DNA of 64,000 nt from Vicugna vicugna (taxonomy: Eukaryota), in the NCBI GenBank assembly GCA_013265495.1, contig MU058636.1, forward strand, positions 2,418,001 to 2,482,000, given 5' to 3'. How positions within the stretch are numbered: the first letter of the stretch is position 1; each line of letters starts with the position of its first letter. The notes beneath the pieces were generated by a model that was given only the letters and a program-made list of their open reading frames with translations, did no database searches and was not told the DNA's origin. The position numbers and the translations under genes are program-made. Positions 60,592-64,000 of the stretch are shown in pieces.

Positions 60592-62715
60592 ACCTGTTCT
60601 TCAGCCCCTCTGCGGGGACCTCGGGCTAGGCTGGCACTGTCCTTCCTCTCTGGCACTGTGTCTGTGGTCAGTGCTGGTCCTGCCTGAAGGAAGGGTCATG
60701 GCCATCTGGTCTCCCGGTTTCGATCACTTGAAGCAGTGCCCAGTAACCCTCAGTCAGGGGACTGTCTTTGGATTATCTCAAGGTAATTCTTGTACTTTGG
60801 GCACCGAAAAGGAGTGGGAAAAGTGTGGAAGCCACTTTAAGATTAGTGGGAATTAGTAGAGAAGCTGGTGGAGATCTCTACCTGATAGCTGTTTTTGTGT
60901 TTTGTTTGTTTGTTTTCCCCCGTGACAAAGGGCACTTACATTGCTTTCTGCCTGGAAAGATAAACCGGCATCAAATTTGTCTTGTCAGGCAAGATGCGTT
61001 CCATTAGCAAGACCGATTCCATCATACACCGTATTGTGAAGGAAGTCATTGCATTCCTCCTCCTTATCTCAGGTCCTTTCTCAAATGCCAAGACAGTGAG
61101 AGGAGAGGTCGACTCTGGGTCCTAGAGTGGCTTGGGTTGAGCAGGGCAACTGTGGATCATTTATCGTTTTAGCCAGAATTGGAGTGTTGTGCTTAGCTAT
61201 TCTGACACAAGAGCCTGTTGGCCATCCCTAAGTTTGCAGAAGTCAGTGGAACTGAAATTTCCTTAAGGAAAGAATTTGAAATATATTGATTCCAGCTCTA
61301 CTCATTTGATGATTAAACAATTACTGAATTCCTGGTTGAGTTCTTGTGTTTTCTGTTTTATGCAGGACTCATTGGGAAAATGAAAGTGTGCTTGATGCTG
61401 TAATACCTGTGGGTGAACATACAGTTAATTTAAATATTTAAAACACTAACGTTTGCTTGGCCTTCATGCAGAAATACTATCTACTTTCAGGCTATTTAAA
61501 CACTTACTAAATATCTAGCATGGTGTTTTCAGAGTGCTGACTGCCGTCTGAGTGGCCTTCCGGGACTCCCGTTTCTCTGTGGGGAAGGCCCTGGGCTTCC
61601 CACACCGAGGGCCTCTCACACGGTGGGGGAACGACCTCGTCCTTAGGGCCAGGACCTGTTCTTCAGCCCCTCTGCGGGGACCTCGGGCTAGGCTGGCACT
61701 GTCCTTCCTCTCTGGCACTGTGTCTGTGGTCAGTGCTGGTCCTGCCTGAAGGAAGGGTCATGGCCATCTGGTCTCCCGGTTTCGATCACTTGAAGCAGTG
61801 CCCAGTAACCCTCAGTCAGGGGACTGTCTTTGGATTATCTCAAGGTAATTCTTGTACTTTGGGCACCGAAAAGGAGTGGGAAAAGTGTGGAAGCCACTTT
61901 AAGATTAGTGGGAATTAGTAGAGAAGCTGGTGGAGATCTCTACCTGATAGCTGTTTTTGTGTTTTGTTTGTTTGTTTTCCCCCGTGACAAAGGGCACTTA
62001 CATTGCTTTCTGCCTGGAAAGATAAACCGGCATCAAATTTGTCTTGTCAGGCAAGATGCGTTCCATTAGCAAGACCGATTCCATCATACACCGTATTGTG
62101 AAGGAAGTCATTTCATTCCTCCTCCTTATCTCAGGTCCTTTCTCAAATGCCAAGACAGTGAGAGGAGAGGTCGACTCTGGGTCCTAGAGTGGCTTGGGTT
62201 GAGCAGGGCAACTGTGGATCATTTATCGTTTTAGCCAGAATTGGAGTGTTGTGCTTAGCTATTCTGACACAAGAGCCTGTTGGCCATCCCTAAGTTTGCA
62301 GAAGTCAGTGGAACTGAAATTTCCTTAAGGAAAGAATTTGAAATATATTGATTCCAGCTCTACTCATTTGATGATTAAACAATTACTGAGTTCCTGGTTG
62401 AGTTCTTGTGTTTTCTGTTTTATGCAGGACTCATTGGGAAAATGAAAGTGTGCTTGATGCTGTAATACCTGTGGGTGAACATACAGTTAATTTAAATATT
62501 TAAAACACTAACGTTTGCTTGGCCTTCATGCAGAAATACTATCTACTTTCAGGCTATTTAAACACTTACTAAATATCTAGCATGGTGTTTTCAGAGTGCT
62601 GACTGCCGTCTGAGTGGCCTTCCGGGACTCCCGTTTCTCTGTGGGGAAGGCCCTGGGCTTCCCACACCGAGGGCCTCTCACACGGTGGGGGAACGACCTC
62701 GTCCTTAGGGCCAGG
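60592..62715 (+). repeat. Direct tandem duplication, 2 x 1062 bp (60592-61653 and 61654-62715)
   Basis: Copies compared by eye: identical except 61051 G vs 62113 T and 61328 A vs 62390 G; ORF track pairs are also offset by 1062. Confidence 0.98.
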
Positions 62716-62930
62716 TCTGAGCCCCTGGAATGGCTTTGAATCCGCTTCCACTGTTGACAGGTTTCAGGCCTTGGATAAGTTCCCTCACCTCTGCTCCTCG
62801 GTTTCCTCTCCTGGACCCCGGGGAGACATAGCACCTCTGTATCGAGGTGCTGTGAGTCCCAAATGGCACAGTACGGGCAAAGCACTGAGAACAGTGCCTT
62901 GCTTGTAGCAAACACATAAGAGGTGTTAGC
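62716..62930 (+). mobile_element. MIR
   Basis: ggctttgaatccgcttccac...ccttggataagttccctcacctctgctcctcggtttcctc...aaagcactgagaacagtgcct...tgttagct. Confidence 0.75.
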
Positions 62931-63080
62931 TTTTCTTCTGGTCAGTTATGGTTCTTGTAAAACCGCAGGAAAGTTGGTCTGACTGGGGGAGTTTAAATAA
63001 AGACTTAAAGATAAAACCACCTTGGCATTGTCATCTGTCACCAGGGTCTTGATACCCTGGGTGATAATAAAAATGCTGGA

Positions 63081-63322
63081 GGGATAGATTGGGAGTTAGG
63101 GATTTGCAGATACTGACCACGCTATCTAAAACAGGTAAACAACAAGATCCTACTATAAGCACAGGGAACTGTATTCAGTACCTTGTAATAGCTTATAATG
63201 AAGAAGAATATAAAAAGGAGTATATGTGTATATATATATATGTGTATATGTATAACTGAATCACTGTGCTGTTCACCAGAAATGAACACAACATTGTAAA
63301 TCAACTATACTTCAATAAAAAA
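63081..63322 (+). mobile_element. Young L1 3' terminal fragment
   Basis: gggatagattgggagttagggatttgcaga...acaacattgtaaatcaactatacttcaataaaa; TSD aaaaatgctgga/aaaaatgcagga. Confidence 0.9.
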
Positions 63323-64000
63323 AAATGCAGGATCCTAATGCTTAGTTTGGTGCTGCGTTGCCCTGGGTTAACAGTCCTGCTTTGACGTCTGTCTTTCCCC
63401 ACATCTGCTCCCCTTCTCCCCTCCTCCCTCCCCAAGGTGGGGATTCTCAGCTTCCATGATTATGTTCTTCATAGCAGTCAGATTAGCTGTTGCACACACA
63501 AATCCCCATCTACTCTGTTTTTAAAAGATACGGCTTTAGAAACAGTGGGCTGATGGTTAATTTTGTTGTACTTTGTTATTAAGCGAAGATGATGTTAATA
63601 CCTAATGAGTGATGAAAAATCAATTAAGTTCATTTAGGGAAATTAAAGGCTGACAAACTCATAATGGCTTCTCTGGTTGTTAAATGAGATTGACATGGAT
63701 TAACAACTGGTGGTGGACAGGAATTTCCTGAATTTCCTGAAGTCTACTTCCATTAAGATGACAGCTGTGTTGAAGAGCCCGTCACCAGGGCACTCCGTTG
63801 CGGGGCCCAGGAGTGTGAAGGAGAGAGCTAATCAAATAAGGCAACTTGTACTTTATTTTAATTAGGCAAATTCCCCTTCACGTTCTAATCACATAAACTC
63901 AGTTGTGCATGGTGGAGAAGCCAGCGGCCAGCCATCTTTCTGTCTCACTCTGGTCTTTGTTTTTCTTATTAAAAAAAAAACTTAGTTATAGACGTAACTT

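Noticed and set aside
11320..63745. Short 9-11-bp local doublets (atggaatataa x2 near 11320, tgtacagatt x2 near 57292, gaatttcct x2 near 63721)
   Set aside because: Ordinary replication-slippage microduplications with no sign of function.
1..64000. ORF-track entries as protein-coding genes; prokaryote-style systems (operons, CRISPR, defence islands)
   Set aside because: The DNA is mammalian and intronic; the ORFs are short, overlap in all frames, often use non-ATG starts and resemble no protein I recognise. No repeat-spacer array is visible.
3340..64000. Naming the host gene
   Set aside because: No exon or peptide matched a gene I recognise, so any symbol would be a guess.

Overview
This is mammalian genomic DNA, most likely camelid (alpaca/llama/camel). 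That is inferred from six copies of a tRNA-Ala-derived SINE matching the camelid Vic-1 family as I recall it, plus young L1 3' ends. The window looks like the promoter and long 5' intronic region of a large + strand gene that I cannot name. A CpG island (~3.3-4.55 kb) is interrupted by a 191-N gap and carries GT donors, and a second CpG island sits at ~26.9-27.25 kb. There are several candidate small 5' exons and alternative first exons, including an 18-nt microexon candidate. Much of the rest is interspersed repeats (L1, L2, MIR, MaLR/ERV1 LTRs, hAT and Tigger DNA transposons). No protein-coding exon could be identified with confidence; the ORF track appears to be noise or repeat-derived. The clearest unusual structure is an exact head-to-tail 1062-bp tandem duplication (60592-61653 / 61654-62715) with only two visible mismatches. 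I found no evidence of a novel multi-gene system. Repeat family names come from recalled consensus sequences, not a database search.
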